From Octopus bimaculoides (lineage: Eukaryota): a stretch of 64,000 bases of DNA. The position numbers were made by a program, and so were the translations under genes. The notes under the pieces are model-generated. The model made no database searches. It was not told where the DNA came from and saw nothing but the letters and a program-made list of their open reading frames with translations. The DNA is taken from NCBI RefSeq assembly GCF_001194135.2, contig NC_068994.1:9561359-9625358 (forward strand). The letters run 5' to 3'. The first letter of the stretch is position 1. Each line of letters opens with the position of its first letter. Below, piece after piece: positions 25,511 to 38,571 of the stretch.

Positions 25511-25675
25511 GCATATACGACGGGTTTCTTTCAGTTTCCGTCTACCAAATCCACTCACAAGGCTATAGTAGAAGACATAGTGGAAGACACTTGCTCAAGA
25601 TGCTTCGCAGTGGGACTGAACACGGAACCTTGTGGTTCAGAAACAAGCTTCTTACCATACAGCGACGCCTACGCC
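25511..25675 (-). mobile_element. SINE family A 5' half
   Basis: tacgacgggtttctttcagtttccgtctaccaaatccactcacaaggc...cttaccatacagcgacgcctacgcc. Confidence 0.85.
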
Positions 25676-26524
25676 AATGATGTGTATATATATATATACA
25701 TACACACAGGTATGTATGATTGTGTATAGAAGAATAATGATAAAATAATATGATGAAATGAAAGAACATTAAATATCCATTCTGATTGAAGTAGTACTTT
25801 CATGCATTAAACTATGCAATCTTTAGATTCATGTTGTAGTGGTGACAGCTATGTTTTACAATTTACAATTGTGAACCTGAAGATTGCATATTCTAATGCA
25901 TGTAAGTAATAGTTCATTCAGAATGTATATTTAATATTCTGTCATTTCATTATATTATATTATCTTATATTATATTATTATAAGATTAGAAACGCTTTTA
26001 TTAATCTGACGGGTTACTTTGCATTTTTGTGGAGTACAAATTTTTCCCTACATAGGAATATTGCTGACAGTGACTTATGAGATACCCACTTTTGAAAGAG
26101 AATTGAAAGAATATTTATAAACAGAGAGCGGACATCTCTGCTTCCATAAAACACAAAGGTGAACATCTCTTTATTCCAATCAAATTGCTTATAGAACAAT
26201 GAAAACCCACAGGGAAACGTACAGACCTGTAACCTCAACATCTAACGAAATCATGTTGTGAACATCAAAGCACAAGAGAAATAACGTTTCAACCCAACAA
26301 CACTAATAACCACCTTCTTTCAAATAAAAACAGGAAATACCGTAAATAACAACGAAAATGAAAGAAAGTGAACAGCTGAAACATACCCCCTACTTCCAAC
26401 CTTTTGTGAAAACCTAAAAATCATCCCATTAGAAAAAAGTTGACACACACAGTTATTTCGCATATGCATATTTGTTTGCGTGTATATGTGTGTGTATGTG
26501 TGTGCGTATGCGTGTGTGTGTATG

Positions 26525-26595
26525 ACAACCTTCCATCGCTTGACAATTGGCGTTCTTTTTACGACCCCGTAACTTAGCGGTTCATCATAAGAGAT
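26525..26595 (+). mobile_element. SINE family A middle fragment
   Basis: ccatcgcttgacaa...ccccgtaacttagcggttc, following a TG tract. Confidence 0.65.
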
Positions 26596-27283
26596 GAACG
26601 TTTACCCTAAAGACTGAGACATGTCAAAGATAAATGATAATTTATGCTTTTAAAATAATATCGATTTGAGCCAGTAAAAACATACACTCTATGTGGACAA
26701 ATGACAAACGATTCAATTTCCTTCGATACATGAAAGCGCATTATAATAATACTGCGTAATTTTAAAAAGCTGCAATGGCGAATTCATACCGTTTTAAAAT
26801 ATACAATGCATAAAGAATATGCTTTGAATATGTAACTAATCAAGGAAGACGTTTTGCTCGTTTCAAGAATGTTCTTAATTCGACAAGAATTTTGCATTTG
26901 AATTCGATTCATTAAGATTTCTTATATCTCAGTTTGTTATTTTCCCCATGTAAATCATTTCCACTTGAAATCGGTCTTTCAGTTTACTCAAGTTTCGAAA
27001 ACTGTCTTGTTCGTGGTTTACTGTAATTTGGTTGCGAATTAGTACGATGTCAGTATTATCTTTTGATATCTCTCTCTGACATATGAAACTATCGCTTACT
27101 GATTTCAAATGTTCGGTAAAAATCAGAATTAATGAGAAGATTTAAGATTCACTAACGCGCTTAATGTCGTATTTCAAATATGTTTCTTGAATATAAATTA
27201 CTAATGCAAATTTGCAGTGACGTAAGATTAGCAAAACTTATATATCTGAACATTATTGTCATTGTTGTGGTTGTCGTTGCTGT

Positions 27284-27430
27284 TGGCGAGCTAGCAGAAT
27301 CATATGCACACCAGACAAAAGGATTCATCCGTCCTCATGTTTTAAGCTCAAATTCCGCTGTAGTGGAGCTTGAATGTAATCGACCAGGACGGTTCATCAA
27401 AATTTTAGGTCTTGTGACCATAGTAGACAG
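27284..27430 (+). mobile_element. SINE family D, deleted and diverged
   Basis: ggcgagctagcagaatc...ctcaaattccgc...atgtaatcgac...ggtcttgtgacc. Confidence 0.65.
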
Positions 27431-27491
27431 GTTTATTGTTGTAATTATTGTTGCAGCTATTGTTGATGTTGCTGGTGTTGTTATTGTTGGT

Positions 27492-27700
27492 AGTGGTGAG
27501 CTAACAGAACCGTTAGCACTCCGAACAACATTCTTAACGGCATTTCGTCTGTCTCTAAGTACTCGGTTCACAATCCGCCAAGTTCTACTTTGCTTTTCAT
27601 GCTGTTGTGTTCGATAAAATAAGTACCAGTCAGGCACTGGGAGCGAACCCTTCACCCCGAAATGTTTTTGTCTTCGGGCCAAAATTTGAAAGCATTAATG
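27492..27700 (+). mobile_element. SINE family D
   Basis: gtggtgagctaacagaaccgttagcac...ggcatttcgtctgtc...tcgataaaataagtaccagt...gccaaaatttgaaa. Confidence 0.8.
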
Positions 27701-27929
27701 ATGTTCTTTTTGTTGCTATGGTTATTATTATTATTTTAATTATAATTATTATTATGTTTTTTTTTCTTCTTTCTTCAAATTTTCTTCCATTTCTCGCCGA
27801 GTGTTTTCCATACACCCAGGGCAGAGAAGCTCATTGTATGCATTCCAGGTTTACACACGCAAATTCACAGGTAAAATATGTATTTAAAAAGAAAATTAAT
27901 AAATAGATAAATTCATGAATGGATGTTGT

Positions 27930-28145
27930 TTTCACAGTAATAATGCTCTTCCCAGTACATGAGACGTTCCAGTTAACACGATTTTTTTGCACTTCCTGTA
28001 GGGATGGTAAGCCTGGTATCATTTTCAAATAGGTTTCAGTACCATTTTTTAAATCATTCCTAGAGATCCTAAAATCACTGGTATGGTAGTCGCCTTGAGG
28101 TGCCACATTTTTTCAATTTCTATTAGCAAGTCTTTATGTTTACTG
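27930..28145 (-). mobile_element. R4/Dong-type LINE 3' relic
   Basis: DKISKHKDLLIEIEKMWHLKATTIPVILGSLGMI, then GTETYLKMIPGLPSLQEVQK (frameshifted). Confidence 0.85.
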
Positions 28146-28659
28146 ATCTTGTCAAATCCTTGCGACATTTTAACGCAGTCCTCCTCTCTAAGTGATCCGT
28201 CCTCACAGAACAAGTGTTCTCGAAGATTGAGCATTTGACATCCAGAATGCTACCGGTAATTTGTAGCACTATACAGGCTGTCACTCTGAAGCCACATTTT
28301 CATGGAGCATTACTTAAGGTTATGAGGGATGATAATCAATGATCTACCCTTGGCATCGACGAGAATTGTCAGAGTAATCTCTTGATAAGTTGTTTAAGGT
28401 TGTGGACAATATATAGCTCTCAAAATTCCTGGCTTGGCTCTGCTACAACTGATATTACATACTCGAGACAATCAAGCAATCGCTTTAGCTCCAAGCACCA
28501 ACAATCGAAATTATCCTAAATGCGTTAAAATGGGAGGTCAACGCATATCATATTAACTCTCCTTGCTTAGGGATAAATCTGGGTAACCAGCATATTTATT
28601 CTTGAGACTGACGCGCCACCATTTTTATGACAAAGAATGGGTCTGCTTGGTGTCTTCTT

Positions 28660-28754
28660 CTTATTATTATTACTATCATCATTATCATTACAATTACTAC
28701 TACTACCGACACCACAACCACCACCGCTACCAACACCACAACCACCACCACCAA

Positions 28755-28818
<64 letters not shown>
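28660..28818. repeat. (ATT/ATC)(TAC)(ACC)(AAT)n compound trinucleotide tract
   Basis: Direct reading. Confidence 0.95.
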
Positions 28819-28819
<1 letters not shown>

Positions 28820-28821
<2 letters not shown>

Positions 28822-29165
28822 GCGAATGACAGCGAAACGGGCTGATTACTACCTAGCTCAGATACCAGGAAACCCCAAAATGGCTGAAGTTCAAAAGATA
28901 GTGCTCATGTGAACTGTCCATATCCTACGTAAAATACTGTCTATGTGATCTCAAATTTTAAAGCTAACATATAATTTTCTTATGGTTTCTTAAATATTCA
29001 CTAGAACAAAACTGTACAAATCCAAATATATGGTACCCTAGGCATAACACCTACATGAACTTCTAACTTGTTGTCTCTTGAGGTCTCTGGGTGAGACTTG
29101 GATCCAACTTGTACAAATGCAAAACAAAAGTCAAACATAAAATAATAATAATAATAATAATAATG
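28820..29165 (+). mobile_element. R4/Dong-type LINE extreme 3' end plus 3'UTR, embedded in (AAT)n
   Basis: KRADYYLAQIPGNPKMAEVQKIVLM*TVHILRKILSM*, UTR gtctcttgaggtctctgggtgagacttgg, and (AAT)n on both sides. Confidence 0.8.
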
Positions 29166-29759
29166 TTAATGATAATAATACCATTGAATTATAAATTTCA
29201 CGTAAACACTATGGCCGTATAGATCGTTAAATTTTAGTGTATGTTATGCATTGTTACTGTTCATGTTATCTATTACTATCGTGATTAAGTGCTGCTGTGA
29301 TGGTGATATCGTAATCACACTAGCTATTATTGTTATTAATATAATCATTAAGCTGCTATTATTCTCAACAATGATGTTGATTAATACCACAGCTGTACAA
29401 TTCGAAGGGAAAGTGTATTATAAATACAAATCACGCATAATTCACAACAGTATTATTTCATACAATTGTCAACTAATAACATACAATGAACGACACGGCA
29501 TATATTTTGCACAATAATAATTAAATAATACGATAAACAATGTATAAAATTCGACAAACAACCTATGCAACAAAGCGTATTTGATATTGATACAATGAAG
29601 AATCTTCAAAATGAAAGGGAGATGACGTGTACAACAGAAGGAGTAAATACAACACGTGTTACTGTTGTAACACGCAACTGTGGCTCCACCTCATCTACAG
29701 ATCGTACCCTCGTGTAATTTGACCGTTTCACCCTTGTGACACCACTGCACACCATGGAC

Positions 29760-30220
29760 TTATCACTTTAGATGATAGGCGGCACGCCCACCGAATATTT
29801 CTGGTTAATTTTTGCTTCACTCACCGACAAGCAATGTCTTACCGCGGTGCTAAGCGCTTCAGCGTGCTCGGTATGAGACACTTTGACGGCATCATGATTC
29901 ACATGTATCGATAATGATCGCTGAAATCTAATCGGTAGGAAATACTCCCCAATGTCTTTAGTTCCAAAAGTGCCTATTGCTATCATTCTCTTACAGTCTT
30001 CCAGCATTCCATTTTAAATGAATGTCTCCTGGTATCTGTTTGCCCTCTGTCCAGCAATATTAATCTCCTGCCCAATCGTTTCCACCTCGTCATAATGTTT
30101 ACAGAGCACATTTGGTCTTCTGATTTGTTTCAAGTCCATGAGGCTTTTTTAATTTTCTGAGATCTCTTCTCCACGTGTTCTTTGTCACTGCAGTATTGCT
30201 CACACATACCTACTGCAATA
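29760..30220 (-). mobile_element. Possible RTE-clade LINE 3' relic
   Basis: Fragmented Arg/Trp-rich frames (…IMTRWKRLGRRLILLDRGQTDTRR…) and a terminal ctatcatctaaagtgataag. Weak similarity, judged by eye. Confidence 0.3.
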
Positions 30221-30559
30221 CAGGAGGAACAACGAACGATGGATTAGTATCGTTGGCAATACGCGTGATTGACTCTCTTTCAGTCTGTAATACTGGTTTT
30301 AAATTTCGGCACTGTGGTATTAGTTATTATTTTTACTACTGATGGTTATTTCCATTACCTCACCAGCCAGTCGGAAACGAGACTCACCAGCCAATCGAAA
30401 ACGAGGCATTGGAATGATACTCAAACATGGCTCACTCCTAATCAGCTACGTCCACGACAAAAACAAATAATGACGGATACAATACCTTCGTTCATAGAAG
30501 AATAAAACCTATTTACGGCCAATCATTTCCAGTCAACTGTATTCAACAACCTCAACAGA

Positions 30560-30712
30560 ATTACTACAGGTACAGGTTCAGCAATTTCTGAATCTAATTT
30601 TATCGACCGTGGAAGAAGAAAAAGCACAGTCAACCTCAGCGGAATGTTAACTAAGAATGTAAAGGTGGACGAAATACTACTAAGCATATTTCTGCCAGCT
30701 CGGTGACTTCTC
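30560..30712 (-). mobile_element. SINE family D, diverged
   Basis: ttttatcgaccg...gtcaacctcagcggaat...gacgaaatactactaagcat...ctgccagctc is the reverse complement of the D consensus. Confidence 0.7.
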
Positions 30713-31710
30713 TGTTTCTAATACTGAGTACAAGAATAAGGCCAGAAGATAACTTGAAAATTACTGCACATTTTGCGGCTGAGATGACTTGAAAACCGGT
30801 CAGACATTTCTTGTAACTCAATCATACGTGATTAAATAACCTTTTCCCGGCATGTCCTGGAGGATCATTCCCCGATACTTCTTTCAAGACATTTGAAAAC
30901 GCCATTTCTGGAAAATTTGTCAGGTCACTAAACGCTATGCATACCGTCCCAGACATACAAATGTGACTTATATGTCATGATCTTCTGAAACATGCTTTCT
31001 TTTAAGAAATTCTTCATGTCTGGACCCTCCCCTTGACTTGAACACTGCAAATGCTATTCCTGTCTCCAATGTCATTAATAGGTTAAAACATTCACACTTC
31101 AAATATTACGTCTTCTTGTTGATGTTGTTGTTTTTGGTATTTTTATTGATTATTGTTTTGTTCAAAATATTGCTTCTTGCTAAAAGCAAAAAAGTCATTT
31201 TCTCTTCGTTCATTAAATACAATTTGTTATGATACCCTTTTTGATAAGTTTATTTATTTTATTTTAATTTCTTATTTTATTCCGTACCTAAATATCAATA
31301 TTGACTATTTTCCTTTCATTGCTGGCTGAGCTGGCATTTTTGCAAAAGTAAAATCTACGAATAGAAAACAAAATGTTAAAATGACAATTGTTTATTTTAT
31401 TTATTTTCGTATGAAATAAATTCAATGGCACTCAGGAAGTTATGATTGTAAATACGCGGAATAAAAAAAAAAAACAAAATGAAAACATTTTCATTTACTT
31501 TGATCTTCTGAAATGTCCATAATCATCAGAGTTCGTGAAAAGGTGTCTTGGTGTAGCAAACTGCAAATATTATTAACAACAAACGCAATACCTAGTAAAA
31601 ACTAGAGTTCTAATGCTCATAGTCACAAAATATGAAATTAAAAATAACAATATATTTATTTGGGATAGTGATGAAAACAGCTAAACCAACTGTTTTCACC
31701 GAAGTCGAAC

Positions 31711-31743
<33 letters not shown>

Positions 31744-32548
31744 TACACACACACACACACACCATACACACACACNNNNNNNNNNNNNNNNNNNNNNNNN
31801 NNNNNNNNNNNNNNNNNNNNNNNNNNNNNNNNNNNNNNNNNNNNNNNNNNNNNNNNNNNNNNNNNNNNNNNNNNNNNNNNNNNNNNNNNNNNNNNNNNNN
31901 NNNNNNNNNNNNNNNNNNNNNNNNNNNNNNNNNNNNNNNNNNNNNNNNNNNNNNNNNNNNNNNNNNNNNNNNNNNNNNNNNNNNNNNNNNNNNNNNNNNN
32001 NNNNNNNNNNNNNNNNNNNNNNNNNNNNNNNNNNNNNNNNNNNNNNNNNNNNNNNNNNNNNNNNNNNNNNNNNNNNNNNNNNNNNNNNNNNNNNNNNNNN
32101 NNNNNNNNNNNNNNNNNNNNNNNNNNNNNNNNNNNNNNNNNNNNNNNNNNNNNNNNNNNNNNNNNNNNNNNNNNNNNNNNNNNNNNNNNNNNNNNNNNNN
32201 NNNNNNNNNNNNNNNNNNNNNNNNNNNNNNNNNNNNNNNNNNNNNNNNNNNNNNNNNNNNNNNNNNNNNNNNNNNNNNNNNNNNNNNNNNNNNNNNNNNN
32301 NNNNNNNNNNNNNNNNNNNNNNNNNNNNNNNNNNNNNNNNNNNNNNNNNNNNNNNNNNNNNNNNNNNNNNNNNNNNNNNNNNNNNNNNNNNNNNNNNNNN
32401 NNNNNNNNNNNNNNNNNNNNNNNNNNNNNNNNNNNNNNNNNNNNNNNNNNNNNNNNNNNNNNNNNNNNNNNNNNNNNNNNNNNNNNNNNNNNNNNNNNNN
32501 NNNNNNNNNNNNNNNNNNNNNNNNNNNNNNNNNNNNNNNNNNNNNNNN

Positions 32549-32904
32549 GGAGCACCGCCTTTAGTCGAGCAAATCGACCCCAGGACTTATTCTTTAGAAG
32601 CCTAGTACTTATTCTATCGGTCTCTTTTGCCGAACCGCTAAGTTACGGGGACATAAACACACCAGCATCGGTTGTCAAGCGATGTTGGGGGGACAAACAC
32701 AGACACACAAACACATACACACATACATATGTATATACATATATACGACGGGCTTCTTTCAGTTTCCGTCTACCAAATCCACTCACAAGGCTTTGGTCGG
32801 CCCGAGGCTATAGTAGAAGACACTTGCCCAAGATGCCACGCAGTGGGACTGAACAACGGGACCATGTGGTTGGTAAGCAAGCTACTTACCACACAGCCAC
32901 TCCT
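32549..32904 (-). mobile_element. SINE family A, young copy; 3' end lost in a gap
   Basis: Near-identical to the reverse complement of 22962-23371. Confidence 0.9.
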
Positions 32905-32909
32905 AATGG

Positions 32910-33039
32910 TCTACGTTCAGTTTTTATCTACCAAATTCACCCACAATTTCATGGTCGGCCCAAGGCTATCGTAGAAAACACTTGCCCAGGAGCCATGTGA
33001 GTGGGAAGCAAACTTCTTACCACTCAGCCACTCCTGCGC
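32910..33039 (-). mobile_element. Second, older family A head directly adjacent to the previous copy
   Basis: ctaccaaattcaccca...ggtcggcccaaggctatcgtagaaaacacttgccc...cttaccactcagccactcctgcgc. Confidence 0.8.
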
Positions 33040-33427
33040 ATATAACAAAATATACATGCCTATATGTGTTTGTATTCATAGAGATATATGTGTGTGTGTG
33101 TGTGTGTGTGTGGCTGTGCATATCTGTGCGAATCGGGTTAAGTGAAAACTCTATTTAAGTATATATGCAAAGATGCACAAATAGATCTAGTAACTAACAA
33201 TCCTTAATTCTATATTTGTGTAGTTTACGTACCTGAAGCAATGAATGTCACATTATATCTGCCAATACAGTTATTGCTATTAATTTCCACCGACGACCAC
33301 TCATTGATTCTTTAGACTAGAAAACATACAACCAAATTACATATACACACACAGGTACACACATATACGCATGCATGCATATACATATGTAGGAGTATTT
33401 TCTGAATTAATTGTACGTATATCTATA

Positions 33428-33478
<51 letters not shown>

Positions 33479-34984
33479 NNNNNNNNNNNNNNNNNNNNNN
33501 NNNNNNNNNNNNNNNNNNNNNNNNNNNNNNNNNNNNNNNNNNNNNNNNNNNNNNNNNNNNNNNNNNNNNNNNNNNNNNNNNNNNNNNNNNNNNNNNNNNN
33601 NNNNNNNNNNNNNNNNNNNNNNNNNNNNNNNNNNNNNNNNNNNNNNNNNNNNNNNNNNNNNNNNNNNNNNNNNNNNNNNNNNNNNNNNNNNNNNNNNNNN
33701 NNNNNNNNNNNNNNNNNNNNNNNNNNNNNNNNNNNNNNNNNNNNNNNNNNNNNNNNNNNNNNNNNNNNNNNNNNNNNNNNNNNNNNNNNNNNNNNNNNNN
33801 NNNNNNNNNNNNNNNNNNNNNNNNNNNNNNNNNNNNNNNNNNNNNNNNNNNNNNNNNNNNNNNNNNNNNNNNNNNNNNNNNNNNNNNNNNNNNNNNNNNN
33901 NNNNNNNNNNNNNNNNNNNNNNNNNNNNNNNNNNNNNNNNNNNNNNNNNNNNNNNNNNNNNNNNNNNNNNNNNNNNNNNNNNNNNNNNNNNNNNNNNNNN
34001 NNNNNNNNNNNNNNNNNNNNNNNNNNATATATATATATATATATAATATATATATGTACATATATATGAGAAGCGTAAGCAAATTTTTGTACATTCATAT
34101 ACATTGTATAAACAGACATTTCTTCTAAAAGAAAAACGAAAAAGAAAATAAAGAACCGGAAATAATTGCTATAGTAAAAAATAGTTCTTTTTTTTTCTCG
34201 TCTTTTTTTATTAATGGTTTATTTGATGGACACACAATTGACTGACAAATAAAATCATATCACAAACATTAGGATGGTTTGTTTGGTCTGTAGATACAGA
34301 GAACAGTGCTGTGATGTTGATTATTAGCTTTAGCGGTTTTGTGTTAGTTGGGATGATTTTTTTTTTCTGTTATGTCATTTCTTTGACTTATTATGTCGGA
34401 GACAATTACAATATCTCTTCAGCGGGGTTGATTGTGTGCTTGTGTATGTTTCTCTGTATGTAGTTGGTGTGTATATATATATATACGTTCTTATCTATAA
34501 ATAGATAGTTACATTTACACATATTTATAATTATACGTGTATATACAAATATATAATTATATTTCACACATACATATTCATACATTTATGCATAGATAGA
34601 TAGATACATACATACATAGATACATAGATACATAGATATAAAGGTGCATTCGTAGGTAAGTAGGTAGGTAGGTAGGTAGGTGGGTAGGTAGGTGCGTATA
34701 TGTATATGTACAGATATAGATATGATAGTTATGTACACATAAATATATATTTGTGCGGTTGCCTAAAACCGTGTGTATGTTTGTACGTTTTAATATCTGT
34801 TTGTGTGTCTGAGCGATTCCTTACACATATGAATACGTACGATTTTTTTACCATCACTTTTTATGTATTCAACAAACTGTATTTGCTTCGTAATCATTCA
34901 CACTTAGTTTCACTTTCATTGAATACATCCCCATGTATGTATGCATGTATATATGTGTGTATGTGTGTGTGTATATCAATATTC

Positions 34985-35075
34985 AATTGTATATCAAGAT
35001 TCCATGACAATAGAGAAAGAGCCGGTTTCAAACCTAGATCCAAGGTTTATTGGAATTTCCACATCAGTAGAATAT
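34985..35075 (+). repeat. Short dispersed repeat family F, copy 1
   Basis: caatagagaaagagccggtttcaaacctagatccaagg...ggaatttccacatca; homologous to 39718-39800. Confidence 0.7.
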
Positions 35076-35897
35076 GGATGTATGTATGCTTTTATGTATG
35101 TCTTCTCACGAATATATTTTCATATTTAGACATGCGCATGTATAGTTATATGACAAACTTCTGGAAAGCTCTACAGAATTTTACAATTACAATGATGAGT
35201 TGGATCTGTAGTCTTCGAATTAGCTTTCTCCTTTCTGGTTTTCAGAACCCAATTTCTCAAGAATAGTATTTAGGCAGTCTGTTATATATCCCAGCACACC
35301 AATAATTATAGGTATAAAACTGAACTTGTAATCTGGATAGAGTAACTATAGATTTCTCAATAGGTCAGCGTACGTTTTTTTAATTATTTACTGACGCGTA
35401 GCTTTATGGTAACATCCTCTGGGCATCCGCTGATTTACACAGATGTACACAGTTTCTCTTCTTTATTGCAAACATTGTAGCAGGTCTAATTTGTTTACGT
35501 TTCATAGACGTTTTCACTAGGATATTCCACTCGTACACGTTTTTTTTTCTTTTATTATGCGTGGTTATGGCACCCACCATACATTGGATTCATTTGTATG
35601 TATGTAGGTATGTATGTATTTTGTATGTAGGCCTACGAACACGCACATAGTACGAAAAGTAGAGATTTTGTAAATATGGGCCGTTACTCCTGTTAGTAAC
35701 TCAAAGGAAATACTGGCAAACCGTATTCATTTGATCAGCAACAAATGTCACTCAATACCAATGGTTCGGATAGGTCACCTTGTTAACATATATAATGTAT
35801 ACGTGGAAGAGACAGGACATTCAGCCTGGCTGTAACGTTTATCACAACAATATCAGAAAGGTCAACATGTAAATGTATGAGTATATATATACATATA

Positions 35898-36145
35898 GGC
35901 GCAGGAGAGGCTGTGTGGTAACTAGCTGGCTTACCAACCACATGGCTCCGGGTTCAGTCCCACTGCATAGCACCTTGGGCAAGTGTCTTCTATTATAGCA
36001 TCGGGCCGATCAAATCCTTGACCCCCCACCTCCAACATCGCTTGACAACCGATGCTGGTGTGTTTACGTCCCCGCTAATTAGCGGTTCGGCAAGAGAGTC
36101 CTATAGAATACGTTCCAGGCTTACAACGAATAAGTCCTGGTGTCG
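35898..36145 (+). mobile_element. SINE family A with an internal deletion
   Basis: ggcgcaggagaggctgtgtggtaac... jumps from gggccgatcaaatccttg to cccccc...catcgcttgacaaccgatgctgg. Confidence 0.85.
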
Positions 36146-36202
<57 letters not shown>

Positions 36203-37633
36203 TTTGTGTGTATGTATGTATAATCTAACTGTCCAGTATTTAACAATTTATCTGAGACAACACACCGTGCGATACGTTCGTATTAAATTGAATTTGACTT
36301 TAGAGAAATTTGTCCTACATTTAGCAGATTCTTTCAACGCACAGAGACAACTGCGTTGTCGCCTATATATATACATACATACATATATATACATGAATAT
36401 TGTTCATGTTTGAAGCAACGTTTGAAGTGCTTCCAGTGTTCAACTTTTATATTATTACTCATTTTGATCAAAGTTACGAATGGAATGAAATATTTCGACT
36501 AAAAAATATTAAAATGCAACTAATTTAGGCGTTGCTATAAAAATCGCTTTTCATCGTGAAATTTTTTTCAAATTTTGTTGCGTTAAATGCATTTGTACTT
36601 TTACGATTCTCTACAGTCAATATTTACCAATTACTATCAACTAGCTAACATAGTAAAAAAAACGAGAATATATCGATGGAATAGATCAGTGGAGAATGTT
36701 GATTTGTCTTTATATATTTTATCAGAATGTTTATATATTTCTCCCCTGTATTATTTTCCTTTGAATATGTTTATGTGTTTTATTTTATCGTGTTAAAGAA
36801 TGGTGAAATAAATTTCAAAAAATTTGATATCAGAATATTAATCGATGTTTTACATGTGTGTATGAGTGTGTGTTTGTATCTGTATGCAATTATCCATATA
36901 TATATATATGTAGGTACGTATGTGTATATTATATATATTTATTTCTATATATACATATGTATATATATATGTATATATATATATGTATTTATATATATAT
37001 ATATATATATATATNNNNNNNNNNNNNNNNNNNNNNNNNNNNNNNNNNNNNNNNNNNNNNNNNNNNNNNNNNNNNNNNNNNNNNNNATATACATGCATAA
37101 ATAAATGCAATAGTAAAGAAAGCGTTTTGACGGTGAAATTTGTTGTTTTATTCTTTTGCGCGTTTCAGTAATGCCGATGACGTCATGCTGAAATGCTGCT
37201 TATATCTTGGAATTATTTATGGCACACATTTGCATGAGAACAAGAAGGCGCTGAGAGAATTATTTTTAACCGATGAGGTAAAACTTCGACATACATAAAA
37301 AATGCAGGATATATCTGAGAGATATATATGAGAATACATTATATCCTCTCCTAAACTTTAACAGTAAATAAATATTAAGTTGATGTTGCTTACTTGCGTG
37401 TGGCACTTTGTTATGTACCCGTATGTTAAAATCCACCTTACATTGATTACCAGTTCTTTTCTCTATCACGAACTGCAACATAACATGGTGTAATATATCC
37501 TCCATTTTCGAAGGCAAGTGTTCACAAACATTCAAGTATATGTTCTCTCCTCCTCTCTCTCACCTGAACACATATACACATTTATACAATCACACCCACT
37601 CACATATTTATCCCTTTGTATGTTTGTGTGTAT

Positions 37634-37695
<62 letters not shown>

Positions 37696-37696
<1 letters not shown>

Positions 37697-38092
37697 TTGT
37701 CTCAGTCATTTGACTGTGGTCATGCTGGACCACAGCTGTTAGTCCAGCAAATCGACCTCAGGACTTATTGTTTGGAAGCCTAGTACTTCTTCTATCGACT
37801 CTTTTGCCGAACCGCTAAGATATTGGGGACATAAACACACCGGCATCGGTTGTCAAGCGATGTTGTGTGGACAAACACATACACACAAATATATAGACAC
37901 TTAAATATATATATATATAATCATATATACGACAGGATTCTTTCAGTTTCCGTTTACCAAATCCACTCACAAGGCTTTGACCGGCCCGAGGCTGCAGTAG
38001 AAGACACTTGCTCTGGGTACCAAGCAGTGGGACTGAAACCGGAACCATGTCGTTCGTAAGTAAGCTACGTACCCCTGTGTCACTCCTGCGCC
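37696..38092 (-). mobile_element. SINE family A, full length
   Basis: Reverse complement runs from the head (cactcctgcgcc) to the tail (tcagtcatttgactgtggtcatgctgg). Confidence 0.9.
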
Positions 38093-38270
38093 TGGAAATC
38101 TGATACAGCTTGGCACCAGTCATATCGCAACTCATTACTATAGCTGAGTTAACTGGGCTGGAGCAACGTGAAATAAAGTGTCTTGTTGAAGAATACAACA
38201 CGCAGCCCGATACTGAAATGGAACTCACAACATCACGACCGTAAGCTCGACACTCTAACCACTGAGCCTA
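38093..38270 (-). mobile_element. SINE with a C-type head/core and a third tail type, truncated by the adjacent family A copy
   Basis: Minus strand: ggctcagtggttagagtgtcgagc...caagacactttatttcacgttgctccag...atgagttgcgatatgactggtgccaagctgtatc. Confidence 0.75.
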
Positions 38271-38272
38271 AC

Positions 38273-38299
<27 letters not shown>

Positions 38300-38303
<4 letters not shown>

Positions 38304-38571
38304 AGTGTATTGCCACTTAAGTGTGGCTGACCCCAAGGGGTGGATGTTACTGTTGCTTTAGCCCCAAGAGGACATCTCCTCCAGCTGGCTTATCGACACA
38401 CTACTATGTCCTGTTTGTTTTGCCAAGGGAAGTTATCCCTCTCATCGTGATCGTAGCATGAACGGACCCGGGTTTCAGGGTTAATTCTCTTCGTCAGCGT
38501 CCGATAGCTACCGACCTTCGATGAGAGATATAAATTCTTGGCAACCTTATGTATATTTTTCCAGTGAAATT
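38300..38571. repeat. Unclassified, relatively GC-rich segment, probably an interspersed repeat; runs into a gap
   Basis: gtggctgaccccaaggggtggatgttactgttgctttagccccaagaggac.... The sub-motif ctgttgctttagcc recurs at ~11430. Confidence 0.4.

Noticed and set aside
30930-31110. LLMTLETGIAFAVFKSR...VWD, resembling tetraspanin TM3/EC2 (minus strand)
   Set aside because: Short frame, no convincing upstream acceptor, and no CCG-motif exon found.
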